A stretch of DNA of 64,000 nt from Octopus sinensis (GCF_006345805.1 NC_042998.1:14880001-14944000); one strand, 5' to 3'; positions 12,541 to 27,122 are shown, counted from the stretch's first letter. Notes: generated by a model from the letters alone, not told the origin. Made by a program: numbers and translations.

Positions 12541-12762
12541 ATGTATGTATCTATATATATATATGTATATATATATATAATATTACCATTTTGGTGTGAA
12601 ATGCACAAATGTAATGATTTTTGACTCTGGATGAATGAATGATGAACATAATTTGAAAACTTCCCCTTTCCCTCTACTTTTTTATTTGATTTAGTCTTTA
12701 TTTTAACAGTTCGTGGGGACCCGTGGTTATACTTTGATACAATCTTATCAGAAGTGGAGGAA

Positions 12763-12813
<51 letters not shown>

Positions 12814-15800
12814 ATGTATGTGAATACATGTATACATGCGCACATATATATTACATGTGTATGCATGTAGATTATACACCTTCACACACATACAGTCTGT
12901 GTGTGTGTGTGTGTGTATTTAATGTATATATATGTGTGTGCGTATACAGTTGTGTGTGTGTGTATGTTTATACAAAATAGTGCAACTAAGGATCTGTTTT
13001 TTAGCTGGCTGGGCAGTTGGGTGGTTGGGTGGTTTATACCTAAAGAATAAGCTTAAAAAAATGTATTCTGAATCTTTTTCAACTCTGTACCCGTGTTTAA
13101 TGAATATGGGATATTATTTTAAAATCTTCTCTCCTTTTTCTGTGGTGTGCATGTGCGTGCGTGCGTCTGTCTCTCTCTCTCTCTAAGTTCATGAAGTTTG
13201 GCCATGATACATTTATTAGCATTTTATGTATCTCACCACCCCCCTCCTTTACAGCAGATGAAATATTCGTTCTTTCTCCCACATCCAGTTTTCTGTTTTA
13301 AACTAGTTTCCCCCTTATTTAATAATTCATTTTGAAAAAGTTAAAAATTTTTGCATAAAAAGGATTAAAAAAAAAGCCCAAGTTGTTGATTGCAAAGTCT
13401 ATTTTGATAAGCCCATTTCATAAATTGCGAAGTAGTTCTCTAAAGAGCAGCTGCCTATAAAATATCTGGCTGGTTCCTTTCCATTGTTATTAATTACTAG
13501 TAGACTTCTCAAACCTATCCGACTTCCCGCAAACTTATCTAAGGTCTTTTAGACACCTATAAGGTACTGTTAAATGTTTTATTACTTTCAGTTATATACA
13601 TCTATGTAATGTCCCCTTCTCTTAGCTTTCATTAAATTGCCATCATTGCATTTAAAAAAAAAAATTTTTTTTGTTATAGTGATGTCACTCGCTGTGATCC
13701 AAATGTAAATATTTCCAATTGAGTTGCTTGTACATTTGGTTGTCTTTACTCAATTCTCTGTATTAATTTGATCCCTGTTAGTCGTAATGTAGAAAGTTGA
13801 GTATTTTTTAGTTTTATAAGTTTTCCTTTTTTTTTTTTTCGTTTTAGTTTGGCAATTTGTAAGTGACCAGAAGTGAAAAAGTGTACATAAATATCTCAAA
13901 AGCAGCACTAACAGTTAATTTTCCAGATTCTCTATGTTGTATGTGTGATGATTTGGCCTTACTGGCTCCTTCGTTTTTTGTTTTTTTTTCTTTTATAGTG
14001 TCCCTCCCTCTCTTAGGAAAAAAGTTCCACTCCCTAACCCCTTTCTTAAAAAAAAAAAAAATATCATAGCTAATAATTGTCATGGCCACAACATGGTCTT
14101 GCATTGGAATTCTGCTTCTATTTTCTCCTGTTTCCTTTTTGATGTTACTTGGGTTCTGATTCTGTTAGCAAATATTTAGTAGGTATTGCATGATAGAAAT
14201 GTGTGTGTATGTGTGTGTGTATGCTTTCATACCTGTATTCACTGATCACCTGTCAGCTCAGTCATTCCACACCTTAGATAAAGGGGATTGTTGATTGTTC
14301 TCATATTCCTAATATTTATTGATGACAGTCAAGTCTTTTTCCTTGACAAGAGTTGTATATGCAAAAATATGGTAAAACTGTATCGCTCCTAGTGTCCTAA
14401 AAAGAAAAAAAAAGAAAAAAACTTTCCCCTCCTCTTCTCATGATTTGATTAATGCTAAATATGAAGTTAACTGAATATCACTTTTCCTCTAAGAAAAACA
14501 TTTTCAGAACCCTGGTACATAAATTGAATTTCATCTTCCTTGAGAATGCTCTATGCAATGTTTTGTATATTTAATCGTTGGATTCTAAATAGCATTTGGA
14601 ACGTAGCTAGCTAAGTTAATCTTGGTAACATTTGCCATGTAATATTATTTTGACGGTAACTTATATATTTTATTTATTTTAAAAAGGGAATTTTTTTTTG
14701 ATAGTGTTGAAAAACCTTATAAGAAAGAAAAAAAAAAGTGGGTCAAATATATTTTTTAATAGTTTTCTCTTGTGTGTGGAAGGATATATAATTATTGCAG
14801 CCGTTTGTCCAGTTTTAAAAACTGCAACTTTCGAGGTTTGTGATCTTAGCAAAAGCAAACGTCCGTGATACTGACAGAATAACTAACTAAAAAAGGTTTG
14901 CAGTTAAACTATTGCACTTAGGGGTGATTTTGTAAGGGTGGACCAGCTGACTGCTGTAATTTGAGAGCATCATTTTTTGTTAACTGAATTAAGCAAAGAG
15001 TAAGCTTATCCAGTCTGTAGAAGAATATTAGATGTGACAAAAAAAAAAGTTAAAATGAAATAAAAAAAAGGAATAAAACAAACTTTATATTTGTACTTGG
15101 TGTCCATTATTATTTTAGTTTGGAACATATCCCCTTCACTTAGAGAATTCAGTTGTTTAGAATATTTTCTTAGTTGCTCAGTTTTGGCAGGCAGAGAGAA
15201 GCTCCATTTCAATGTCAGCTTTGGACACGTCTTTGAGATGGTTTTTTCCTGTTAAATTCTGACGTAGTGCTTAGGAGCCCAGTTTTAAGATTGTGCCAAC
15301 AGTATAAGGTGATACTTGCATGCTCATGAACGGCTACTCAGAAGCCCTAACAAAGATGACAGATAACATACCTCACTTATTTCCATCCATTTTATTAAAT
15401 TGTTCTTCAGTGCTTGTAATACAAGTTAAACAATGAAAAAAAACAAAAACAAAAAGAAATTATAAAAAGCCAATAAAAAAAAATAAAATAAATAAAAATG
15501 CAACTATGAAACACTAAATAAATTCAGTAAAATGCAGGGGAGGGGGTAGAAAGAATTGTATCTCCTTTTTAAAGAGTTTTGTGCGATTTTAACATGTATA
15601 CGTAAGCCTTTTAAACCTTAAGTGATATTATGAGTGGTGAGGGAGTAAGAAAGCAAAAATAAACTGCAGCAGATATGAACTGAAAATACGTTTAGCGTGT
15701 CTGCCTTCTACAGCAGCGCACTAAGTATTAATAGATACATTTGAAGAAGAAGAATGACTGTTGTTATATACTTTTATGTTGATGCTTCTCAAAACTTGTA

Positions 15801-15989
15801 AAAAAAACAAACAGCTCAGTGATTAACCGATCTTCACTGAACAGTATTTGTTGTGGGAGCAACCAGATTTTGCTGCTGTATGACTATTTCATATATTGGG
15901 TTCTCTCATTGCTAATTTCGTCTATTTTGTTGAGCTTATTTCTGTCCCACGTCCGCCCCCAAATTCCTTTCCTCTCCCTTCCCTTGCCA

Positions 15990-16020
<31 letters not shown>

Positions 16021-16174
16021 TACTATTATTATTATTATTATTAGAAAGCATATTCATTGTATATATGTATATATCTAACCTTTTGTAATCGCTAGATATG
16101 CAAATACATGTTTATACATACATGCAAATATACACACACACACACACGCACGTACATATACATGTGTATGTATG

Positions 16175-16225
<51 letters not shown>

Positions 16226-16849
16226 ATGATTGGAGATATTTTATTGGCCATTTTTCTGTTGGTTGCTTTGATTCGTTGCTAGGAGAGTGTGGGAGGGTCA
16301 GGGGACTTCCTCCGGTAGTTGGAGGTACAAAATGGTCCTGCTACCAAGTAGTTGTGTTGAGAGTGCAAGTTTCTCGTTGAGTTATTTTGGAACTTGAACT
16401 AATTCCATCCAAAGGGAACAAAACTGTAAACGTATAAATTTCTTTGTATGATCCTTTTGAGTATATGTAATCTGGCACATGGACATTTTAATCAAAGAAG
16501 AAATGGAAAAAAAAAAACCAAAAATGAATGGAAAAAAAAATAATATATATATGTATACTACAAAAAAAAAAGGAAAAAAAAAACAAAAACAAAAAGAAAC
16601 CACCCCTCCCCCCAGAAAATTTTGAATTTATTCAACTTGGATGTAATTTCAAGCAATAGAACTTGCTTCTCTGTCCAGCTTTCAAATTAACTATTGAAAG
16701 AAAATGAACATAAATTTTTCACTCTGCTCAAGACGCCGTTTTCTCGCCCTACCCCCCTTTTCTTTATGATATCTTGGTCATTCCACATTATCGTTGATTT
16801 TTTTTTTGACCGTTTTGTTCCTGTCTGAAGAAAGAATGAACACGCATGC

Positions 16850-16881
<32 letters not shown>

Positions 16882-17249
16882 TATATATCTACGTGTGTGT
16901 ATGTGTTATATGTATAATTGTGTGTGTGTATGAACATTTCTTTTATTGAATGAGCGCTTGGTTACACTCTTGTATTAGGTGTGCGGAGTTGTTTTATGCG
17001 GTATCTAGGGCTACAACCAAAAGCCATGCCTAAGGTCTCGTGCAACCAGCCTTGTTTTACCGACTGAGTTTAGCCAGTGGGTTGAATGGAATGGGTAATT
17101 GCTTGTATTCCTATCTATTGCATGCACGAATACGTATGTTTGTGAGTATATATATATATATGTATGTATATGTGTATATTAAGTATGAATGATTTTTCAT
17201 TGCTATCTCGGAAGAACAGTTAGAAAGTTATAAACCCTTTTTGAGAGAG

Positions 17250-17288
<39 letters not shown>

Positions 17289-17530
17289 CATTTCGTGGGA
17301 TTAAAAGATATTCAGAAAAAAAAAAAAGTCCCCTCCCCTCCAGAAAGACTGGCCACTTTGATGCCTACTGTTGGTTGGCTAAAAAAAAAAACAAAAGAAA
17401 AACAACAAAAAAACCCAAAAAACATACAAACTGAGCACGTGAGGTTTGTTTCCTCACTCATAAAAAGAAAGAAAAAAATATTGTACATACCATTTAAGTT
17501 GCACTGAAATAAAACCATGTTTGAAATTAT
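12012..17530 (+). other. Probable long 3'UTR of the TIA1/TIAR gene
   Basis: U/A-rich, no recognisable SINE; AATAAA at 15472, 15658 and 17508, the last followed by a GU/U-rich tract; repeats resume after ~18 kb. Confidence 0.55.
17508..17513 (+). promoter_or_regulatory. Candidate distal polyadenylation signal
   Basis: AATAAA with upstream TGTA (17482) and downstream ttcgtggtttt. Confidence 0.5.
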
Positions 17531-19669
17531 TTCGTGGTTTTAATAATAACCCCAAACTTTGATTGCTTCTCAGGACAAGTGTAGCTTTGCACTCTTGAAT
17601 TTTTTATACTATCTATCGATCTATCTCTTTCTGCTAGTCATGCTTGTTCTGAATTGATTATTTTTTATTTAATTTATTTTATTTATTGTGGGTTGTTTAA
17701 AAAAAAAAAGAAGAGGAAAACCTAAAGAGAACCCATTGTTCGAAGAGGAAGTACAAATACCGTTTTTCATTGTAGGGGCGTTGATGTCTGTTATGCTCAT
17801 TCTTATGTTACATTTTGGAACATTATCTCAATGCTGCCCAGAGCATAACTACCTGCAAATCCCTTCAATAAATTCACATATTCAACACGGGCTCACATTC
17901 TGAGTTAGTAGTGGGGGTGAATCGGATAAAAGGTATACGGATCTGAACATTTGATTTGTAATTAGTGGTAATACGTGTCGACTTTTTTGCTGAAAGCTGT
18001 GTCGTGGTATTTACTACATTCAAATTGATACTAATGTCTCGTGGTCGTTCGACTGAGAATTTCTAAAATATTACTGTCCTAGTTGTAGAATATTTACGAA
18101 AATATTGGAGATCCAGCAGTGTTAAAACTGCCCGAAGCACACGTACATAATATAGATATGGAAACAGTATTCTAGCTGAACTTCGTTGACAATGTTTAGA
18201 TTAAGACTTGCCATAAATTCTCCAAATTCTTGTTTAATCGATTCAGAGAAATCTCAAGAATGAGTGATAATTTAGCCGAGTTATTATTAATGGCTGTTTA
18301 ATTCCTGTTTTATGAATTCCAGAAGACTAAAAGAAGATAAGAATGGCAGTGACACGGGCATTAAACGGGTTGCTTGAAGTGGACGCTAATCTTATTACTT
18401 GAGACATTTATTTCTGTTAGTGATTGGAATTTTAATACCAACAGAGGCCATTCTTGCCTTTGATTCCTTAGGACTAACAGGAACATTAGAATACAATATG
18501 GAGTAAAACGAATCGCAGTATTTCGTTAGAGTTCAAATCATACCAATCCGAATTCCGCAATTATTTATGAACAAGTTTGGGTTAGGTTTACTAATATGCA
18601 CCGTTTCCCAACCCCATGGTTTTGGTTTCATTCTCACTGAGTGGCAACTCTGACCTCTGTCTACTGCGTTTTTGGATCAACCACATCTTTTGAGTGTATT
18701 TAGGAATCGGAAACTGAAAGTAGCCCGACAATTGTTAGTATATTTGTATTCCTTTGTCTTGACATCACGCCATAGTTGTAAAAAGGGCGTCACCGTCACA
18801 CAAGCGGTGTCCTTGGTTCCTCATCTTTCATGATAATGTCTAGCCGTTGGAAATATCAACTCGCTTAGAAACTATTGACAGTGGCAGAAAAAAGCTCTTC
18901 ACCGCAGATATTGTAACCCATGTCAGCATGGAAAAGTCATTAAAACGGTGATTAAAATATCAAGGCAGTAATGCAATGGAATACTCATTAGTAATTAGTA
19001 ATTCTTCACATGTATGTTCTGACAAATAGACTAAACTAGCAGCTTTCTTTTTGGGGGGGGGGTGATTTCATCAGTTATTCCCTGCACAATTTAGAGAGAT
19101 TATTTCGATTTGAAGTGTTGTAGTGAGTAATAACATAAATTGTTTCTTAGTAGTCTTAAATTTGAAGAGAACATTTCTTTTTACCCAGCAGCCTAAAATA
19201 CCTATCTATGCAGCCCACATTATAATGTAAAGGACTTTTTAAGATTACTAAGTTAGTACACATACCTTGAGAAGGGTCGTTCACACTTGGGTAAATGCTA
19301 TTTTTTGAATTCAATGACTATGCAATGTAAGAGTTAAATGTAGTCTTCAGTTTCACACCCAAAGATAAACAAGTAGGACTGTATTGTGAAGATCATGGTT
19401 TTGAAATGCACATATCCATTGGGTACTTTACTAAAAAGCTATGTACGAAGTAACTGTAAACAGCTACAATGTATAATTGTATATAAAAATAAAAACATTT
19501 TACAGGGATTTTCTGCTATATAAAATATATTACTTTAACCTCAGTCCTTGGACGCATTAGTTGAACTACACTTTGTATGTTGCCGCACATTTGACATGCT
19601 CTTTCTTTGAAACGAGGTAACATTTGACTCTTGGCGCTAAAGAGGAAATCACGGCGGATCCTTTTCACT

Positions 19670-19830
19670 ATAGGCCCGAGACCTGAAATTTGCGGGGAGG
19701 GATGAAGTCGATTTTATCGACCCTGAAAAGAGGAAAGGCCAAGTCGACCTCGGCGGAATTTGAACTCAGAACGTAAAGACAGATGAAAAGTTTTTTGTGT
19801 CTGGTGTGATAATGGTTCTGCCAGCTCGCC
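19670..19830 (-). mobile_element. SINE family A, degenerate
   Basis: gtcgacctcggcggaatttgaactcagaacg core. Confidence 0.7.
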
Positions 19831-20792
19831 GTCTTCGGCCAATTGTAATACGCACCTGTTGCTTTCATTATTTGCTGCTTGTGGAGCAATAATCCGAGCT
19901 TATATTTTCTAAGATAAGCCTGTTATTTTAATGAAAAGATTAAATCGAGAGCAGTTTCAACGGAAGCTTACTTTTTACTGAACAATGTTGTAAAAAGTTT
20001 TAAGCTCCTGCCAATGACAGTTTACCACCACGAAAACTCGCTATGTCTGATGCTTTGCAACGACTTTTCATTTTCCTTACCAGCTGCATAAATTTGCTTA
20101 AACCACATCTTGAAACATTGCTAGAAGAATCTCCACATGACAGTTTACTCTGCTACAAATAGCAGGGTATATTAAGCTAAAACAGTTTGAAACGACGTGT
20201 TGATACAGATTTGAAAGTCCTTAATCAGAACTAAACATTTAAATTAGGAAAGCAACGAGCTTTTAAAAAGTTCCTTTTGCAAATATGGTTACGAGGGAAA
20301 GAAAAAAATCTAAGTACTTCGTTCTACAGCTTGAGATCTAGAAAGTTCTAACGAACTTCAGGACAGTCCTCTCGGGAAGGCGGTTTCGGCCCCGATCATC
20401 TGATATTCTGAGCTGGTAGCGTGCAGCATAAGAGATTTGGCTATTTGTTGTCGTTCGAGCTATATGAAGGGAAGCGATTTGACAGAGAAATACACCACAC
20501 ATTCCATAGTTGACATTTCTGTGAATTGTTAAATAGCACACACTTGCACCGATGACAAAAGTTACTTCATGTGGACAAGAGTCGACGAGACAGTTGCGTG
20601 GTGAACTGATTGATATTTCGCAGCAAAGAATCTCTAGCCAAAACGTGAGACAGCAGGAAGAACGAAGACACCACTCCACGGGTGCCAATCTGCTAGAAAT
20701 AAAATCCAAATTTTCTTCAAAGCACGCCAGCGTCCCAGAAAGAGACATATTGGATACTGAGAGTGTGGATGGTGAATGTTTACTGATTGGAT

Positions 20793-21165
20793 TGGAAGCA
20801 CTCCGTCGGTTACGACGACGAGGGTTCCGGTTGATCCGATTCAACGGAACAGCCTGCTCGTGAAATTAACGTGTAAGTGGCTGAGCACTCCACAGACACG
20901 TGTACCCTTAACGTAGTTCTCGGGGATATTCAGCGTGACACAGAGAGTGACAAGGCCGGCCCTTTGAAATACAGGTACAACAGAAACAGGAAGTAAGAGT
21001 GAGAGAAAGTTGTGGTGAAAGAGTACAGCAGGGATCACCACCATCCCCTGCCGGAGCCTCGTGGAGCTTTTAGGTGTTTTCGCTCAATAAACACTCACAA
21101 CGCCCGGTCTGGGAATCGAAACCGCGAGTCCGCTGCCCTAACCACTGGGCCATTGCGCCTCCACA
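20793..21165 (-). mobile_element. tRNA-derived SINE family C, full length
   Basis: minus strand begins ggaggcgcaatggcccagtggttaggg (A box)...gtttcgattcc (B box); homologous to 40794-41176 and 55189-55380. Confidence 0.88.
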
Positions 21166-21665
21166 CTGCTTGAGAAAGCCTTTGATAATAACAGGTCTGA
21201 TCTGGGCTGTTTCAGTTTTTTTTTTATAAAAGCGACGATAGCCTTCCGAATATATTGAGAAATGGCGATCTACCATCAATGATGATAAACAACTTGGTTA
21301 TGAAGAATATTTGTTAGATTTTGAATTGCTGCGAAGAGGTTTATATCTTAGTTATTTGAAACATCCTTTCCCGCAAAATGTTATCAATAACCCTCTCAGA
21401 TCTGGCCCCTATGTCTAACTTTACCCTCCACAGGAGCTCTTGAGCAAAAGAGGTAAATGATTGCCTATACAGTTTAAGAGTAACGATTGCAAGCAAGCTA
21501 ATGGCTAGAATCGGCCGCATCTTTTTTCCTACGTGTGCTGTTTATTAACAGTTTTAGCGGGACGACGTTTAACTTATTCCCGCCGTAAAGAGAACACGGC
21601 GTGGTAAGGTTAATCATGGATACGGCATGCAAAATGTCTTGCAGTATCCGTTCTCATTCATTATT

Positions 21666-22037
21666 CTCTAGAAAAACGACGACGCCGTGGTGATCTCATT
21701 CTTGCTCACAACATCATAAGCGGAAAGTGTAACCTCTCGAAAGAGCTGTTTTTCACTCCTGCTCCAGAGCGTCGGCTGCGGGGTCACTCCGAAAAGCTCT
21801 ATCTGCGACGATTTCATCTCGATCGAAGGAGAGGGGCTTTCTCCGTCCGGGTTACGGATCCGTGGAATAAGCTGCCGGACGAGATGGTGAAGATGTCGAC
21901 GACCGCTCGGTTCAAAGTCTCTCTTGACCACAAGTGGCCTGAACTCTTTACATGAACACCACCCTGTACATAACTCCATGTCCCCCCACATGGCCTTGCT
22001 TTTTGCTTTTTGAGCCAAAAATTAACTAACTAACTAA
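21666..22037 (+). mobile_element. CR1/L2-like LINE 3' fragment with (TAAC)n tail
   Basis: translates LEKRRRRGDLI...RGHSEKL...FSVRVTDPWNKLP, a typical CR1-group ORF2 C-terminus; second copy at 42672-43088. Confidence 0.85.
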
Positions 22038-22744
22038 TTACGTTCTCAGTTTCAATTCCAAGAAGGTCAAAATTACCATCTAGCCATCCGACGTTGATGA
22101 AATAAATAATCAGTTCAGGATGGTGAATTGATAGAATTAGTTGAACATTGAACAAAAATCCTTCGTGGTATTTGTTCTGTCTTTTACCTCCACCCGAGTG
22201 TTCACGGGCATCTGACGAAATTGAATGTTTTCCAGCCGAAAGATGGTAACGAGAATCGACCAGGAAAATACGATAGCGAACGGAATCAAAAGAAAAAACA
22301 TATTTCTGCAAATTCGGGATTGAAACTTGTGTTCATCTCTCATTCACTCGCATACATTATAACTTCGTATGTGATCGCTCGACCTGCTTCAAATAACCGA
22401 ATCCACCACAAACCCTATCCTACTGTCCTATAAACAGACTAAACACAAGGAATAATTAGTGTTAAGTGAAACTGTGAATAGACAGAGAAGGCATGGTTAG
22501 AACGTCTTTTATCGTTCAGTGTCTGCAGCAAATCTCGTAAGACCATGGACCTGCTCTTGGAAAGTTCCTTGGAAAGATATTTTTCTACGGAAGACCTAGT
22601 TACCTATGCATCTAATATCCAAGGGTACTGTAAAAAAAACCCCAGCAGTTTGGCACCATGCAGTCGCTGTTAGAACGCAAAGAGCCAGAATATATACTAC
22701 AAGGCATCGCATCCGTCGCTAATCTACATCAATGGATTAATAAT

Positions 22745-22915
22745 TTATTCTTTACTGCCCACAAGGGTCTAAACACAGAGAGGACAGACAAACGGATTAA
22801 GTCGATTACATCGACCCAGTGCGTAACTGGTACTTATTTAATCGACCCTGAAAGGATGAAAGGTAAAGTCGACCTCGGCGGAATTTGAACTCAGAACGTA
22901 GCGACAGACGATATA
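22745..22915 (-). mobile_element. SINE family A
   Basis: homology to 4599-4822. Confidence 0.8.
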
Positions 22916-24145
22916 CCACGAGCTTCGGTTCGTTTCATTATCATCGTTGGAACATGGGATAATACGAAACGTTGATCGTCACAGAATCTTAATGCAAGGA
23001 ACCTGGATAAATAACCCACAGAATTCTAGCCGATGTTCAGATTAATTTTCATAAACTGCTGCCTTGCTTTCGACCCTAGATCTCCTTGATGACGTTTAAA
23101 CCAGAACAAAACAATCCTCCTCTATATTCGTGGTCTTCTCAATATAAGCAAACACTGGTTCAACCTTCTCTCGTGGAATTTTCATTTTGTTTCTTCATGG
23201 AGCTTTCTACATTGTCTGAATTGATCAAATATACATATTTGGCTGAGCCAGCGAGAAAAGCCTGTTCATTATCTTATGCAAAAAAAAACAAAAAATACAA
23301 AGTGGGCCAGTCACAAATTGGATGTTTTTTTAATCACAGTCTCATTCCTTCAGAGCTGACCTAGAGTTAAACAACAGCTTTGATAGAGACAGTGTGACAT
23401 TGGCTAAAAACAGGCAATGACGAATTCGTCTATTTTTAAGCAATCATACTGACAACAGATGATTGTTATATGCAATCACGTTTTGTTAATTTGCAGTTGT
23501 AGCATGTACACTGTGTATAGCAGTAAATAACACAGTACAACCATAATAATTATTTCTAGCAGGACCCGTGGAAATTCCACGCTTAACAAAATGTTCTTAT
23601 TTCTATGTTGGCGTATAAATTTTTTGTTTCAGATCTTCATAACAATGTCTCATTATGTTAAAAGGTTTTGCTTGTGTTTTCTATTTTGCTCCGTAGTTAA
23701 CTTTGATTATATCGTAGCACTCAAGCACGAACCGAATCTCGCGCTATCGCCCACGTACACATGGACGTAGGCGCGATCGATGCCGTCAGTCGCCGGGAGT
23801 GTGTGGCAATATGCACCGGGTAAATACAGCGACGTGGTCCGACCCGTAAGTTAAAAAGTCGGCCCACGCTGGATAGACAAGCAGAATAATATTATGGATA
23901 GGGACACTGGTATTATAACCCGATTTCATTCGGGTCTACTCGGGCCACATTTTGAAGATGAGGAATTTTGCCCTAGAGGCCACGCTATTCAATTGAGCAA
24001 ACTCAAAGTGGCCATGCAAACTCCTCAGCACTTTTAACAAAGGTGTGCAAATGTTCACGTCAATCCGACCACATTTACTAACACTTTTACCTGCACAAAT
24101 GCTTGTGAGACAACGTCCGCCCTTTTCACAAATATATGGTAGATA

Positions 24146-24347
24146 AAGGAGCAAGCTGGCAGAATCATTAGGGCGCTGAGCAGTATTTCACCCGTCTTTA
24201 CCTTCTGAGTTCAAATTCCGCCGAAGTCGACTTTGCTTTTCATCCTGTCGTGGTCGATAAAATACGTACCTGTTGAGCACTGAAGTCGATATCATCGACT
24301 TATAACCTCCCCCGAAATTGCTGGCCGTGTACCAAAATTTGAAATCA
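24146..24347 (+). mobile_element. SINE family A, variant 3' end
   Basis: homology to the family A head and core. Confidence 0.75.
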
Positions 24348-24544
24348 ATAGTTTAGATAGTGTTTTAATGCAAGCTATCTGTTTGTAAATGTACATGGAC
24401 TATAGATGTAAAGGAGCCTCCACACGATGGTTCGACTGCCAGAAAATACAACAGCCTAATCTGAATGAAATTACATTCTGCCCACTTGAATGAAGGACAC
24501 GTGGGATAATGTTAACGGGGTTACACATTCTATTTATCTTTTAT

Positions 24545-24900
24545 TTGGGCTTTCAGTCACTGGACTGCGGCCGTGCTGGGTTTCCACCTTGAAAGGTTTG
24601 GTCGAACAAATCGACTTTAATGCTTATTTTAAAGTCTAAAACTTATTCTATCGGTTTATTTTGTCAACCCCCTAAGTTACGGAAAAGTGAACAAACCAAC
24701 ATGGTTGTCATGCGGTGTGAATATTGGGGCAGACACAAAGATGTATACACACACACAAACACGGCAGGCTTCTACACAATTTCCATCTACCAAATTCACT
24801 CGCAAAGCAGTGATTGGCCCGGGCCAATAATAAGAGAAACTTGCCTAAGGTGCTACGCATTTGTACTGAACCCAGAACGAACTGGCTGCAAAGAAACCTA
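24545..24900 (-). mobile_element. SINE family B, degenerate
   Basis: homology to 39330-39792. Confidence 0.7.
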
Positions 24901-25019
24901 TTTAAATAAATGAACGAATAAATAAATAAAAAAAAAAACACAGCAAAGAAATTTCGGTCATTCACTGATTGAATACCACAGCTCAAATAAGAACACAATA
25001 TGCCTAAAATATTGTCCCT

Positions 25020-25530
25020 TGTGGCTTAGTGGTTAGGGTGTCAGCATCATGATCGTAAGATTGTGCTTTCGATTCCTGGACCGGGCGACGCGTTGTGTTC
25101 TTGAGCAAAACACTTCATTTCACGTTGCTCCAGTCCACTCAGCTGGTAAAAATGAGTAACGCTGCAATGGACTGGCGTCCCGTCCAGGTGGGGAACACAT
25201 ACGCCATTGAAACCAGGAAACTTGGCACATGAGCCTGTCTTGGCTTTAAAAGGGCGCATTCATTTATTTTATAATTTCCAAGAGATTACATTAACTCGTA
25301 TGGCCTAGTGGTGAGCGCAGCAGACTCACGGTCGAGGGATCGCGGGTTCGAATGTCAGACAGGGCGATGTGTGTGTTTATGAGCGAAATACATAAGCTCC
25401 ACGCGGCTCCGGCAGAAGGTAATGGCGAACTTCTGCCTGACTCTTTCGCCACAACTTTCTCTCACTCTTTCCTCCTGCATCTTGGAAACCGGCCCATATG
25501 AGTCAGGCATGGCTTGAGAAGGAACAAACA
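25020..25530 (+). mobile_element. Two adjacent tRNA-headed SINEs (25020-25260 and 25300-25530)
   Basis: A boxes tggcttagtgg / tggcctagtgg and B boxes ttcgattcc / gttcgaat; similar to 54210-54470 and family C. Confidence 0.7.
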
Positions 25531-25763
25531 ATATTAACTCGTATACGATGTTGAAGGAGATTCATCTTAACAGTTTAATGGCGTGTGGTTTGATATAAGC
25601 AAACGTAAAAAATAGAGACGATTGTAAAGGTGAGTTGGTGTTTCGCTTAGGCCAGTCGCCTTGTCTCTAGTCTTTGTTTAACTCACAAGACATCCCTAAT
25701 TGACGCAACCAGCTAAAGTCTGATTATATTCTAAAAACTTATCAACACTATTTTACGGGTATA

Positions 25764-26112
25764 AGGCGACGAGCTGGCGCCGAGATCGACTTTGCCTTTC
25801 ATCTTTTCGGGGTCGATAAATTAAGTATCAGTTACGCACTGGGGTCGATGTAATCGACTTAATCCCTTTGTTTGTCCCCACTATGTTTAACCTCATGTGG
25901 GCAATAAAGAAATAAGAAACGTTAGCACGCCGGGCAAAATGCTTACCAGTATTTCGTTGTTTTTACGTTCTGAGTTCAAATTCCGCCGAGGTTGATTTTG
26001 CCTTTCATCTTTTCGGGGTCGATAAATTAAGTACCAGTTGCATACTGGGGTCGATCTAATCGACTGACCCCTTCCCAAAAAATTTCGGGCCTTGTGTCTA
26101 GACTAGAAAAGA
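25764..26112 (+). mobile_element. SINE family A dimer
   Basis: two consecutive cores joined at aagaaataagaaacgttagcacg. Confidence 0.8.
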
Positions 26113-26289
26113 ATATTTTACTTGTGTGTGTGTGTGTATACACTTGTAATTATGTAAACTATATGCTTAGGTATGTATGAATAAAAAGAAAAGAAATCTA
26201 TTACGAGAGTATCTTAGAAAATCAAAAATGATCAACTAGATTATGGCTGAGGATCAGCAGTTTACTTAAAGTAGCCACCTACAGTTTAC

Positions 26290-26760
26290 AGTATGGCCTC
26301 AAGACAGCTCGGAAACCTGGCGCATGCGTTTCTCGCTGTATCCTTGAAAAGATCTTCGAACACATCCTTGGTCTTGGTTACCAGCTCGGCCTTGATGTTG
26401 CAGGCAGAGCGGTTGGTGTCTTTCTCAACCGCGCCCTACACATAGTAACCCATAGGGTTTGCAATGGGGAGGAAAGGAACGGGCAATTAGAAGGCCAGAA
26501 ATTGAGGTTGGTGAAGTTGTAGAAATTCTCCGATAACAGCTTCTGGCTCTTTCCGCAAGTATGGCAAGGAGCCGAATCATACTTCCACACAGCATTCCTG
26601 TAGCAATCCTCTCCAGCCGGGATTTGACCATCGTTTCCAGCAGCTTCAAAGACGTGTTTTCATTGAATCTTCATCCCTGTTCAAAGATGTGGGGCGGCAT
26701 GATATCACCCACACTGGGGACACACACATAAAGACCATCACAGTTTTGGAAGGATTTGTT
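26290..26760 (-). mobile_element. Tc1/mariner transposase remnant (C-terminal part, frameshifted)
   Basis: minus-strand peptides YDSAPCHT..SQKLL..FWPSNCP..NPMGYYV, matching QDxAPxH / WPxNSPDLNPxD of ITm transposases. Confidence 0.75.
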
Positions 26761-27122
26761 TTTCATAAGGTGCGCGCCACGTCTCGCAGCTTCCACATTG
26801 TTCACATAGCATTGAGCGGCACTCGAGTCGTCAAAATTCTGATGCACGGCCAGTAAAACATCATGTCACAGGTAGCTGTTTTCAAATATTCTGATGCTTC
26901 CAGTCCTTATATGTCAGTTAAAATTTTTCTCAACTACAACTTCAATTGTTAAGCGTTTCAACACCGTTGACTATTCATCAAAATATCAAGTTGTACCTGA
27001 AAAGCGAATTAAAAAAATCATCAAATTCGTACTGAACACCCTGTGTGTATGTGTGTGTGTGTGCGTGTGTGATTGCGCGTTTCAATATATATATATATAT
27101 ATTATATGTATATATATATGTA

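Noticed and set aside
20338-20863. Overlapping 168-aa (-) and 103-aa (+) ORFs
   Set aside because: They start or end inside a SINE, have no recognisable domain and no exon context
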